64,000 nucleotides of DNA from Amphiscolops sp. MND2022 (lineage: Eukaryota). The notes beneath the pieces are model-generated. The model did not search any database, was not told the origin of the DNA, and was given only the letters and a program-made list of their open reading frames with translations. Of the stretch, positions 25,405 to 37,400 are shown piece after piece. Where the stretch lies: positions 82,584,001-82,648,000 of the forward strand of contig OZ076410.1 of NCBI GenBank assembly GCA_964187785.1. The letters are read 5' to 3'. The position numbers and the translations under genes were made by a program. Every line of letters starts with the position of its first letter. Within the stretch, counting starts at the first letter, position 1.

Positions 25405-25825
25405 TCAATCATGAAGAAGTATTTTGACGTTTGCGTCTGAAAAGTGCTTCTCGAGCCACGCGTACTAAATTGGAAGGATGTTAACTGATCGTTCTGTGAC
25501 ATGGATCGGAAAGTGCAACGACTTGACGATGTGTTTCCAACGTTTGTTAGTTAAATCGCTCAGACGCAGATGGAGAAGGTCATGCAGTAGCGGATGTTTA
25601 CTGGAAGTCCTGGTGAACAAAAGCACGGAGTCGTTGATTTTAGCGCATCCAGACAAATGCAGAACCTTAACTATCGCTCGCCGTCGCAGGAAATTTGCTT
25701 CGTGTCCGTATTCTCGAACAACGTAGCGCGTCACTGCTGCGTGGGTGTCTAGTTCCGCAGCACAACATAAAACTGCGATGCCAGGTGCTTGTAATATGTC
25801 GGTATTGTCATAAGCAATCAACTGC
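25405..25825 (-). pseudogene. TARG1/OARD1-like macrodomain 2 at the C-terminus of the Gypsy pol region
   Basis: IAYDNTDILQAPG..AVLCC..REYG..VLLFTRTSSKH..LHDLLHLRLSDL..HIVKSLHFP..*YAWLEKHFSDANVKILLHD aligns by eye end to end with OARD1 (ITYVKGDLF..KKFG..YLITK..SH..LQKSL..LSMP..IEEVFEATDIKITVY); one premature TAG at 25465-25467. Confidence 0.65.
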
Positions 25826-26097
25826 AGGTAAATTGGTTCGGTTTGCAGCTTCGTGATCAACCACTTTCCTGGCCGTTCATCGGAGACTGTTGGCGGTGTT
25901 ACGTGCTCAAAGATGGCGGCTTCGTTACCTGCATCAGGCGGCTTCCAAGGTTCGTGGTTGCATTACGTCGCCAATCAGGAAAAAAGCAGTGACTGCAACA
26001 AAACTGTTGTAGTCCTTCGTGCATTTTCAACTGCAACAAAATTCATGCCGTGCAAGAATTGAGGAAAGTGGACCAGTCGTGAACGACGCAGAGTGCT

Positions 26098-26589
26098 TCA
26101 AGCACTGTTACGGGCGTATCGAACGTGTATGTTTGTCTTTGCTTGTCGGCAGAAAACGTTCGCGAGCAGTTGCAGCCAATGTTGACTGAAGAACTTGCCA
26201 CGGAACATATTTGCTAAGTGGAAGTAACGGGTTTCGTCTGGGTCAATCAATGTGCGTAGGATTTCTAGGCACATCAAGAGGATTCCAGGGGCTACACGTG
26301 CGGTTTCATCTAGAGAGGTGACTAACAGCCACCAGCCGTTGGTTGGCCTGTAGAGATCTCCCGGGGGAGACACGTTGCCACAACGTTCCCACAATTGGTT
26401 TGCAGTTATGCATCGTATCATTTCGAGTTTCTCGTCCTCCAATTGAACGTGTCCGAACAACATCGATGGTGGGAGTGGTGGGATGTTTGCGGTTAGCGTG
26501 AGTTGGAGTCCGCTCTGATCGTGCGCCGTCCACTCTTTGAAACGATATGTTGGGCAAACCGAGTGCGATTTGTTACTCATTGCATTCAA
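26098..26589 (-). pseudogene. Divergent TARG1/OARD1-like macrodomain 1
   Basis: WLLVTSLDET.RVAPGILLMCLEILR....ETRYFH....RGKF....WLQLLANVF....NIHV matches the C-terminal half pattern of OARD1-type macrodomains; the N-terminal half is more diverged. Confidence 0.45.
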
Positions 26590-27649
26590 CGTTACTTCTA
26601 ATGGTACTGCTACTGTTTCTGACTCAATGCTTGAAAGGGTCTTTTCTACTGCTATTACGTTGTGATGAACTGCAGGGGGTTCATAGTTTCTGACTTGTAA
26701 AGCTAAAACATTGTATTGGAGATGGTGCGCAGCGCGCCAAGTCTGTTGGGGGAGATGATCTCCTCACCGGGCCAATCGCTGATCCGGGTCTTATTCTTGC
26801 ACAAGGTTAACACAATTACAGTTGCGGGAACCGCAGGTTCCACGTCAACATCGAGGAGCCAGATTGGTTCTCAAATGGTAGGGTGAAACTTGTGACGTTG
26901 TCTGTGACGTTGCTCAGAAGCCTGTTGGTCCTGCGAGGTTGACTCTGGGATGTCCGGGAGTGTCATTGCTCTTTCGAGCGCTCTCGCCTGTACCGTAGTC
27001 TGGGCTCGGTTTCTGGATTCTCAGTAGGTCCGAGCGGAGACTCTACTGGATGGTGTTCGAGCTCTGCTTGAAGACGTGTGCTTCCCCGCCTACGGCCAGG
27101 TGGTCGGCCTCTACATCATCGACCTCTTGCAACGGAGGGTCTGTGTGGCGTCGGGAGTAGCTGGAGGTGGTGGTGATTTCTAACTTGATCCTCATTGATT
27201 GCTTCCTAGTTGATTGCGTCATCCATACTCGGCTATGGTTTGGTTGGGTTTCCGGCTTTGGAGCTGAATAGAGGGAAATCGCTCAGTGTGTCCAATAATG
27301 CTGGGTTGGAGAGTAGTGGCGCCGATGTTCCTGATGGCGAAGTTACCAGGTTAATCTGGGGCGCCGAAGAACCTCTTCATGGTCCGAGAATAGGGGTTCC
27401 AAGTCGTCCAACTTCGTAAAAACTGTTGGCGGTGCCAGTTCCCTGATCAGCTGTTCGGTCATTTCTCGATTTGACTTCGTGTCAGACGGGTATCCAACAT
27501 GACTAAACCACCTACGAGGCAGTCCTTGCTCTAAAGCTGTCTGTGTGTGGGCTTGTATCCTCCGCGGGGGAGCCGGACTAGTTGGCTCTAGTTCAAACGA
27601 TGCCTCGGGCAGTTCTTCCGGCAAGAAAGAAGCTCTTGAGATGTCAGAT

Positions 27650-30600
27650 ATCAATTCCTCGTGACTTTGTTCTGCGCATGGGTCAGCAATGATGGCTACG
27701 TTTTGATCAAACCGGAAGGGTTAATATGCTGTCCGGTCCCATGGAGCAGGGACGTGTTTCTTCAAGCGCTCGAAATGGACGTTTTGACCAGTGTCTAGCA
27801 CATATAGGCGACCATCTTGCAAGACGTCGATAACTTTCTGCGGACCGCGCTAAGCGCGAATCAGTTTTCGTGTGCCACCCTTTGGTATTTGTAGCAAAAA
27901 ACCCAAACTGCATTGCCCACAGAGTGTGCCTTTGCCTTCAGGTGTTTGTCGAATTTCTGCTTCTGTCTCAACTGGGCTTGATGTGTGTTTCTGCGGACAG
28001 GCTCATGAAATTCTTGTTGTCGGGCCAGTAATTGTTCAACAACCTCTTTCTTCGAGTCAAATCTTCGCGCAGCGAATTCGAGGTTTAAAAATGAAAGCCG
28101 GATTGATTTCTCGGCCTCATGCTGGAGCATGTATGGCAGGAATCCAGCGGTCGCATATCGAGTTGAATTGTAGGCTCCTAGTACTCCATCTATGTGCTCA
28201 TCCCATTACTGCATCCTGCGGGACGTGTATACTCGGAGCAGGATGAGTAGTGTCCTGTTTTGTCGTTCTACCAGGTCATTGTTTCGTGGGTGGGCTGGGG
28301 TGGATGATTCTATAGTGAATTGTGCAGCGTGAAGCCTTCATGAGTTCTTGGGCTATTTCTGCAGTGAAGTTGGTGGCATTGTCGGATTGCATGCTAGCAG
28401 GAGTGCTGTGCAGTGCAAACCAATTTTTCAGAATGATCTTGGCTGTAGTCTGGGCATCGTATTCGTCGTGGGCACAGGGGATGGCTTCCGCAAAATGAGT
28501 GAAGTGGTTGATGATGACTAGCAGTCCTGTGTTTCCTGATTCAGTCTTCAGCAGAGCTTCAAATTGGTTAAATTGAACCATATGGGCAAACTGAACTAAG
28601 TCGTTGAAGTTGCTACTGCTGATGATCTGCAAAAGATACCAGGGGTTCTATGCTGGATGTTTCGTCTATTGGCATGTCAGATAGTGCTTGATGTGGTTTA
28701 CCACTTTACACTTTATATCTGGCCAGGTGTGCCTCCCCTGAATTCTTGCAAAGACTTTGCCTACTCCTTGGTTTCCGGACTCGCCATGTGGTCGGAACAA
28801 AATCTCGTGTTGGTACAGCTGTGGCATGACAACCATGCAAGATTGCACGTGCATTGCGCGTTGCTGCGGAATGTAGTGGACGCACCATACGTCATCAGGG
28901 TTGATGAATTGTATGTCCTTCTTCTGGTGATAGTAGCGTTTGGCAAAATCCTAGATGTCTTTAGGAAATACTGCGTCGTCTAATGGTTCTTCTTTCATCA
29001 ATTTCTGCAACGCTAGGATGTGGACGTCACGGTTCTTTGCCAGCCGTAGGTATTTAAGGCCACGCTGGGTCGATTGGTGTTCATGCACTTTTGTTCTCAC
29101 CAATTGGAGGAGCGGCCTGCTCCTTACACGTTGTAGTGCCGACCGTGTCCGCAATGGTGGATCGCGCACCACTATGTCTAAGCGTGTCGGAGGCACATTA
29201 TTGGTTACAGTAAGGATGCAGCTCGGTCTTTCGTCTTCGAAGGTGGTTGGCGTGGCTCCCATAGCACTTGTGGATACCAGCGAATGGAGTCAAAAGTATG
29301 GTATTCAATTGATTCTTGTTTCGGTTTCCTCTTCTGTATGTACAGTACCGGGAGCTGAGCTCGGCTTTTTGCTGGAAGCTCTGGATGGCCTGGTATGAGC
29401 CGTCCATGCATATCAAAATACGGTACGATTGGGAGGTCTTGGTAGTCCTTCTGAGGCTCATTTTCTCAAAAATCTTCTCTCGATGCACCTGTTCGTTGGT
29501 CCTCCTACTGAGTCCATGAGCATTTCTGTGATGCGTGCGGGGTCGGTGAATCGTCTTGAAGTGGTATTGGTTGAGGTGTGCAATCCAGCCGGCCAATCAT
29601 GGCTTGATCCATTGAATATGTCTTCAGCCACGAGAGTGCCTGATTGTCAATGCGCAGCGTGAATTCTCGACCTGCAAGATATGAATGAATTTTTTCGATG
29701 AAAGAGAACACGGCGTACATTTCCAACTTTGGGGCGCCATAGTTCAGTTGCGTCCGGGTCAGTGACTTCCTCCCATAGACAATGGGTCGTAAGAAGGTTT
29801 TGCCATTGTGTTCTCGTTGCTGGTGCAGAATTCCAGCCATCGCTACTGCACTGGCATCCGTGTCCTATACAAATCGTCCTTCTTCAATTGGCGCAGTCAA
29901 AGCGGTGGCGTATGTTAGAGCTCGTTTTACTGATTCGAAGTCTTCCTGATGCTATTGATTCTAATAAAAGTGCTGGTTTTTCTTCAATCAGTATTTCCTG
30001 CATCGGTTGCGCCTTAGCAGCGTGGAACGGAATAAAGTCTTGGTAGTAGTTGGCAAACCCTAAAATGCTTTGCAGCTCTTCTTTGTTCGTGGGCGGCATC
30101 CAGTCCTGGATCTTGCTAACGGCTTGCAGGGTCCGATTTTATTCCTTCCGCAGAAGCTACCCGTCCAAGATAGTTGGTCTCAGTGCGCATGAAAACGCAT
30201 TTCTCGTCTCGCATTTTGAAACTGTCCCCGATGGCTTTCGAACACTTCTCTGATCCTCACAAGGTGGTCCTTCATGGTCACTGTAGCAATGACAATGTCG
30301 TCGATATAAGCCATCACTACGATGCCATGTCGATGCTGAATTTTCTGCAAGGCTCTCGTGATTGATCTCTGGAATGTGGCCGAAGGGCATGCGCCGCCAT
30401 TCAAACAACCCTTGTTCGCAAGCAAACGCTGTTTTCTTTCGATCACGCTTCGTGAGTGGAATTTGCCAGGAGGCCCACGCCAAATCAAGCCTGGTAATGA
30501 TCTTGGCATTCCTTATCCAAGAGAGGCTCTCAACAATTCTGGGGAGGGGAAAGGCGCCCTTTACAGTTACATCATTAAACGAGCGGAAGTCAAAACAGAT

Positions 30601-33600
30601 GCGTACATCGCCTGTCTTTTTCTTCACAGTGACTATTCTGCTGGCCCATGGCGAATAGGAGGGCTGAATCAGTCCCAGGGCAAGCAAGTTTTGCATTTCC
30701 TGGTTTGCTTTGGCGGCTTTGTCCGAAGACATGCGCTGGGCTCCTTTTCGATGAGACACAGCTTCTGGTTTTAACTCAATTCGATGCTTTGGTGTCTTAC
30801 AGCGACCTATGACGGCTTTGTTCTTCATGTACTTACTTAAGATACTTTCCTGTTTGACTCTCGGCCGCAACCCACCCCCCCCCCCAAAAAAAAAAAAAGA
30901 AACGACAGAAAAAGTTTCGAGCAAAAGAACTAAATTCAGAGCTTGTTTCGGAATCAATTAACACTCAATTAACAATTTCCACTGGAAGCACAGTGATAGT
31001 AGCGTTTGGCAAAATCCTAGATGTCTTTAGGAAATACTGCGTCGTCTAATGGTTCTTCTTTCATCAATTTCTGCAACGCTAGGATGTGGACGTCACGGTT
31101 CTTTGCCAGCCGTAGGTCTTTAAGGCCACGCTGGGTCGATTGGTGTTCATGCACTTTTGTTCTCACCAATTTGAGGACGTCGGCCTGCTCCTTACACGTT
31201 GTAGTGCCGACCGTGTCCGCAATGGTGGATCGCGCACCACTATGTCTAAGCGTGTCGGAGGCACATTATTGGTTACACTAAGGATGCAGCTCGGTCTTTC
31301 GTCTTCGAAGGTGGTTGGCGTGGCTCCCATAGCACTTGTGGATACCAGCGAATGGAGTCAAAAGTATGGTATTCAATTGATTCTTGTTTCGGTTTCCTCT
31401 TCTGTATGTACAGTACCGGGAGCTGAGCTCGGCTTTTTGCTGGAAGCTCTGGATGGCCTGGTATGAGCCGTCCATGCCTATCAAAATACGGTACGATTGG
31501 GAGGTCTTCGTAGTCCTTCTGAGGCTCATTTTCTCAAAAATCTTCTCTCGATGCACCTGTTCGTTGGTCCTCCTACTGAGTCCATGAGCATTTCTGTGAT
31601 GCGTGCGGGGTCGGTGAATCGTCTTGAAGTGGTATTGGTTGAGGTGTGCAATCCAGCCGGCCAATCATGGCTTGATCCATTGAATATGTCTTCAGCCACG
31701 AGAGTGCCTGATTGTCAATGCGCAGCGTGAATTCTCGACCTGCAAGATATGAATGAATTTTTTCGATGAAAGAGAACACGGCGTACATTTCCAACTTTGG
31801 GGCGCCATAGTTCAGTTGCGTCCGGGTCAGTGACTTCCTCCCATAGACAATGGGTCGTAAGAAGGTTTTGCCATTGTGTTCTCGTTGCTGGTGCAGAATT
31901 CCAGCCATCGCTACTGCACTGGCATCCGTGTCCTATACAAATCGTCCTTCTTCAATTGGCGCAGTCAAAGCGGTGGCGTATGTTAGAGCTCGTTTTACTG
32001 ATTCGAAGTCTTCCTGATGCTATTGATTCTATTAGAAGTGCTGGTTTTTCTTCAATCAGTATTTCCTGCATCGGTTGCGCTTTAGCAGCGTGGAACGGAA
32101 TGAAGTCTTGGTAGTAGTTGGCAAACCCTAAAATGCTTTGCAGCTCTTCTTTTTTCGTGGGCGGCATCCAGTCCTGGATCTTGCTAACGGCTTGCAGGGT
32201 CCGATTTTATTCCTTCCGCAGAAGCTACCCGTCCAAGATGGTTGGTCTCAGTGCGCATGAAAACGCATTTCTCGTCTCGCATTTTGAAGATGTCCCCGAT
32301 GGCTTTCGAACACTTCTCTGATCCTCACAAGGTGGTCCTTCATGGTCACTGTAGCAATGACAATGTCGTCGATATAAGCCATTACTACGATGCCATGTCG
32401 ATGCTGAATTTTCTGCAAGGCTCTCGTGATTGATGTGGCCGAAGGGCATGCGCCGCCATTCAAACAACCCTTGTTCGCAAGCAAACGCTGTTTTCTTTCG
32501 ATCACGCTTCGTGAGTGGAATTTGCCAGGAGGCCCACGCCAAATTAAGCCTGGTAATGATCTTGGCATTCCTTATCCAAGAGAGGCTCTCAACAATTCTG
32601 GGGAGGGGAAAGGCGCCCTTTACAGTTACATCATTAAACGAGCAGAAGTCAAAACAGATGCGTACATCGCCTGTCTTTTTCTTCACAGTGACTATTCTGC
32701 TGGCCCATGGCGAATAGGAGGGCTGAATCTGTCCCAGGGCAAGCAAGTTTTGCATTTCCTGGTTTGCTTTGGCGGCTTTGTCCGAAGACATGCGCTGGGC
32801 TCCTTTTCGATGAGACACAGCTTCTGGTTTTAACTCAATTCGATGCTTTGGTGTCTTACAGCGACCTATGACGGCGTTGTTCTTCATGTACTTACTTAGG
32901 ATACTTTCCTTTTTGACTCTCGGCCGCAACCCGAACCCCACCCCCCCCCCCAAAAAAAAAAAAGAAACGACAGAAAAAGTTTCGAGCAAAAGAACTAAAT
33001 TCAGAGCTTGTTTCGGAATCAATTAACACTCAATTAACAATTTCCACTGGAAGCACAGACACTCTTTTACAGTCATTCACGATAACAGTTTCGAACAGAA
33101 ATTTGGAACGCACCGTTTTACCGACAATTGTTTTCATTTTGATCTTGGTTCTTTAATGCGCAGTCTTGCTATGTACTGCCAGAAACACCACTCCTTCCAG
33201 TGGAAAGGACGTCAGAGCGTCTTCTAAAACCAACGGGATGTCACGCCGCGTACTTCGGGGAGTGACCATTACGTTTCGAAAGAGGAATTCCTTGGGGACC
33301 TGATTGATGAGCTGGGCCTTCACTAGTTTTTGTTCAAAAAGTCCTAGGACTAATTCTTCCATTAGAACTACAAAAATTGTTCTGAATTACTAAACTCATG
33401 CCCAGCCTTGAACTGCCTGAGCGATCTTGGGTCTCGAATGGTTAGCCAATTGGCTGTAAAGTCTAACAGAACATTGTATGTTCGCAGGAACTTTCGTGCT
33501 AGCTGGAAATATTCGACACCAATATGGTCAGCTATTACAAAGAAATTCGTCTTTAGTGTATGCCCTCCAAGCTGGCGGCTAACTTCTTCAACAATGCCAA

Positions 33601-33800
33601 TGTTATTGATGGTCATTCCGGTGACGGCATAGACTTGACCTTCATACGGTTGGATGAGCGCGTGGGGTTTGGCTATCTTCCCGTAAGCGCTCAACATCAG
33701 TATGGACACACCCGATTCAATGTCGACCATCCCAAACAGAGGAATTAGTTCCTGAAAGGGGTTGCCAAAGGGCTCTTTCATTAATGCGAGCTTTCATGGA
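27650..33800 (-). pseudogene. pol: Ty3/Gypsy pol pseudogene (PR-RT-RH-INT), RT-RH segment present twice
   Basis: ORF fragments 33368-33781 (protease), 32225-33022 and 30157-30957 (RT), 31573-31908 and 29505-29840 (RNase H), 28666-28854 and 28276-28632 (integrase). Confidence 0.95.
28927..33058. repeat. Head-to-tail tandem duplication of ~2.07 kb (28927-30993 and 30994-33058)
   Basis: GTGATAGTAGCGTTTGGC occurs at 28927 and 30993; CTGGAAGCACAG ends at 30993 and 33058; the copies are nearly identical, with a 9-bp deletion in copy 2 near 32430. Confidence 0.97.
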
Positions 33801-34099
33801 ACGTCTCGTACACCGATATTAAAGCACTTTAGCTCTTGTCGATCTAGGTACATTACTTGTGGGAAATGTCCTTCCAGGACCATTATTGCGTCGAATTTCA
33901 TGTCAACACCGTCGACGTTAATGGCTACTGGGACTAGTGCAATGGGCTTGACTTCCTGTACTGGTTCTACTTTTGTTTGAGCCTCCCTCACGAAAGATGG
34001 GAGCAGTCTAGATGCTACTTTGTATCCGGTGTTGCGACACAACTCTTCTTTCAGTGTGGTATCCATTCAGTCCGGCGCGGGAGCTTCTAACGTGGTCAG

Positions 34100-37000
34100 A
34101 ACTTGTTTTTCACTGCAGGTGACTACTACCGATCGCGACGGTCCTCCTGCTTCCGTCGCACAGATCACGCAACTTTGAACATCAGAATCCATTGTTTCTG
34201 TACGCTAGTTCGCGGGGGCGTACCGCTCCGCTCTCACTCGTTCTGCCTGTCTGAAGGTTTCTGGCGTCATGCACTCGGATGCGGATTGTCCCGTTTTGGT
34301 TCATTCCGTGCGTGTTCGATGGGAAGTCCATCCACCGGATGGGTTGGTGTGGCACGAATTGAATTGTTGCTGTATAGGCTGGCGTGCTCTATCCTTCAAT
34401 GGACAATCTATCACGAAATGTGATGGATCGCCACACTTGAAGCACACTTGCTCTTGGTTGTTGTGGTCGATAAGCTGCTCGTTGCTGGAACTGCTGGGCA
34501 TTAGTTGCTGGTGGGGGCGCAGCAGGTGTCAGATTTTGTTGGTTGGAGGGCAGCGGTTGCTGCTGTTGTTGAGGCTGCGCAGGATAATTTTACGAACGTC
34601 TCGCTCCAACCATACGCAGATTTTGTTGTACGGTGAACCGCAGTGCTTCAATGGTCGGTGGCGCTTCTACGTATTGCTCCGTACATCAGTACATCAGTGC
34701 AAGGTTCCATTTCACCTCAAAGTTCTGTACGACGTACCGTCACTTCTTCGTTGGGGTATCCCTGACTTCGCAAGCCCTCAAGGGCAACGAGGTATTGCAT
34801 ATATTCTTCCTCACTGTTCTGGTTACGTGTTCGAAATTGCTGTTGTATGTGGATTTTACAAGATCTCGTTCGGAATCGGCGCGCTAGAAGCGCGAACACT
34901 TTCTCTTCGGTGTCCCACTCGGCTTACCTAAAATGTAACGACTCCGGGAGCGAATATAAATCACGGTTAGATTGATAGGTGTCATTGCATTAGAAATGAT
35001 AACAGCAACCAACAAAATTCAAAACAGGAGACCTTCTCCCGTTGATCGATATGTTTTTGATAACCAAATCTTTTCAAATGACCAGAACTACCTTTGGATT
35101 CCCCCTTAAAATATTTTTCAAGAAGTTGAAGTTGGGGGCTGGTACTTTTGCATTGGAATTATGGAGAATTTATACAAAACGCCGAATCCACAAAATTTTT
35201 ATGGTAAATTCATACGAAGCGAAGAATCCTTAAAATTTTATTAGGTGACCTATTTGGTGAAGAACCCACGCAAACTAATAATTGCCAATAATTGCTTAGC
35301 GAAGAATCAACAAAATCTCAAGAATTCAGGAAACCAGTGAAATTTGCTATTGGCGATTCTTCGCAGGTTACACACAGTATCAGTGCAAAATTATGAAAAT
35401 TATTTCATTCGACTTTACTCAGTTCGGCATGAACTGCATGAATTATAATACAGTCGAAGAATGCACAAAGGACTACAACAGATTTGTTGCAGTCACTGTT
35501 TTTCCCCGATTGACGTCGTAATGATGGATCTTGCTGGACCCCGTTCCGATTCGGCGCGCTAGCAGCGCGAACACTTTCTCAACGGTGTTTCGTTCTGCTT
35601 CCAACTCGCTAGTGATGTAATCGCGTGCTTCATTCTCTAAGTACTCGATAATCGTCCACGCCTTGTCGAGGGGTGTTGCGTTCGCATGCGTTTTCTCGAG
35701 ATGGCGCTTCATGAGAATTATTCACCCATCGGCGTTTCTATCTCTCGAACCTCGGTACTTGGTCGGCTTGTTCTTTGTCCCCTTGGCCGCTAGCAGTGGT
35801 TCTAGGCCTTGGGACGAGGCCGTCGATATTGCTTCTGCTAGTGCATGTCGTTATATTGTTCTAGGCGCACTCGGGATTTGGTCCTTTGGTTCTACTCCGT
35901 CTTCTGCTCCATCTTGACTCAGGCTACATTTTTTTCGTACTGAATTTGCGCTGTGTGCTGGAGGCCACTGGCTTCGGAATGGAATCCCGGAAGGTCAGCA
36001 CTGGTGGATTGGTGATTGCACTGGTTAACGCTGTTTGGTAATCTGATTTTTGCGTAGTCAAGCTGCTCGCCGCGGAGTAGTAGTTTCCAGTTGTGGATGC
36101 ACCGCGGGCAAATGTCTCGAAGGATGAAATGTCGGTCATTGGTTCTGTTCCCGTATCACGTGACTTTGGTTGATTCCCTCTTGTAAGTGGCTGGCGGTAT
36201 CAACGTAGGTGGCTTGGTCTGCTCTCTGCTAGACTGTGCTTTCTTTCTGTACGTGTTTTGCATAGAAGGAAGGTACATTCACAGAGTTCTGTGCCTCCGG
36301 CATTGGTGGAAGACAGGCAGACGCTGCAGCGGTTTGAGCCACTACTGCTCTTACCCCGAAGGTCAGCTCCTGCTTTGTTGTCATCGTCTCCACAATACGG
36401 TTATTGGCGTCGGAGTCTCGGCGTTGCATTTCCGATATCTGCTTCAGGCGTTCATCGGCCTGGTTGTCCCTCTCCTTCATGATCGCGGACATTTCAGACA
36501 TGTCTCCCGGTGCTTGGTCAAGTCGTTGATCGAGGCCATAGACGCTTTGAGTGTCCCCTGGCTTCTGCGCTTTTCTACCTGTATCTGCAGAAGTCCTTTT
36601 CGAATCATATCCATGTCTCTCAAAATTACGTCTGCCCGCAGGGTATGCTCGTTGTTCTCTCGAGTCAACCGCGACTGCACCTGCGTGAGTTGGTCTAGAC
36701 TGTTTCTAAAGTCTTCTGTTATGGCTTGTGTCTCTTTCCTACCCTTAGTGATGGTTGAGTCCAGGGCGGCTTCAGAGCTTGCTCTGGATCCCGGCGTGTG
36801 ATTCAGCCGCTCTGTATTGTCGGGGCCAGCACTTGGGCCTGCCAGCGGCGGCGTTTTGAAGGTGAATCGCAGCGGATCGTTTTCTGTTGGGGTTTGTTGA
36901 TCGTCTGCTGACCTGCTCAGCGAGTTGGCCGGTACGTTTGTTGCGTATATCCGCTCATGAACGGATTTTTGTCTTCACTACTGGTCGATGCTTGGGTTGC

Positions 37001-37400
37001 CGGTGGGTCTCTGCGAACTTTTGGTGTCTGAGGCGCCACCGTAGGGGTTGCGATGGCGCTTGTTTGCGGCACCCATTCGTTGGTGGTGCTTTGCTTGCTT
37101 TTTGGCCGGTTATTGCAGTTCGGTCAGTCATCAAAGCTGTAGTTGGTGACTTTCAGCGGGGCCAGGCGTTATTTTGACATGTTATTTCAGTGCCATTCGC
37201 TGAATTAGCACTATCCGGGGAAGCTTGCGATGAATTGGGTTTGCTCGTTGAAGCTATATCCACATTTTGTTCTGCATTAGACACGTTGTCTGACATGATT
37301 TCTAAAAACATGCTTCCAATTATGGCGTCCGTTGCATTTTCAGCGCGCGCGTCTTACCTTGAAAATGCTTCTGGTTCACATGCCACTGGGTTCCCGAAAC
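34100..37400 (-). pseudogene. gag: Ty3/Gypsy gag pseudogene, interrupted at 34934-35522
   Basis: Coiled-coil segments (36229-36680), capsid-like KAWTIIEYLENEARDYI..EKVFALLARR, QQQFRTRNQ..EEYMQYLVALEGLRSQGYP, and CCHC knuckle. Confidence 0.85.
34934..35372. repeat. Solo-LTR-like insertion (TGTAAC...GTTACA, 439 bp)
   Basis: Perfect 6-bp inverted termini around an AT-rich non-coding block inside gag; no target-site duplication is visible. Confidence 0.5.
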
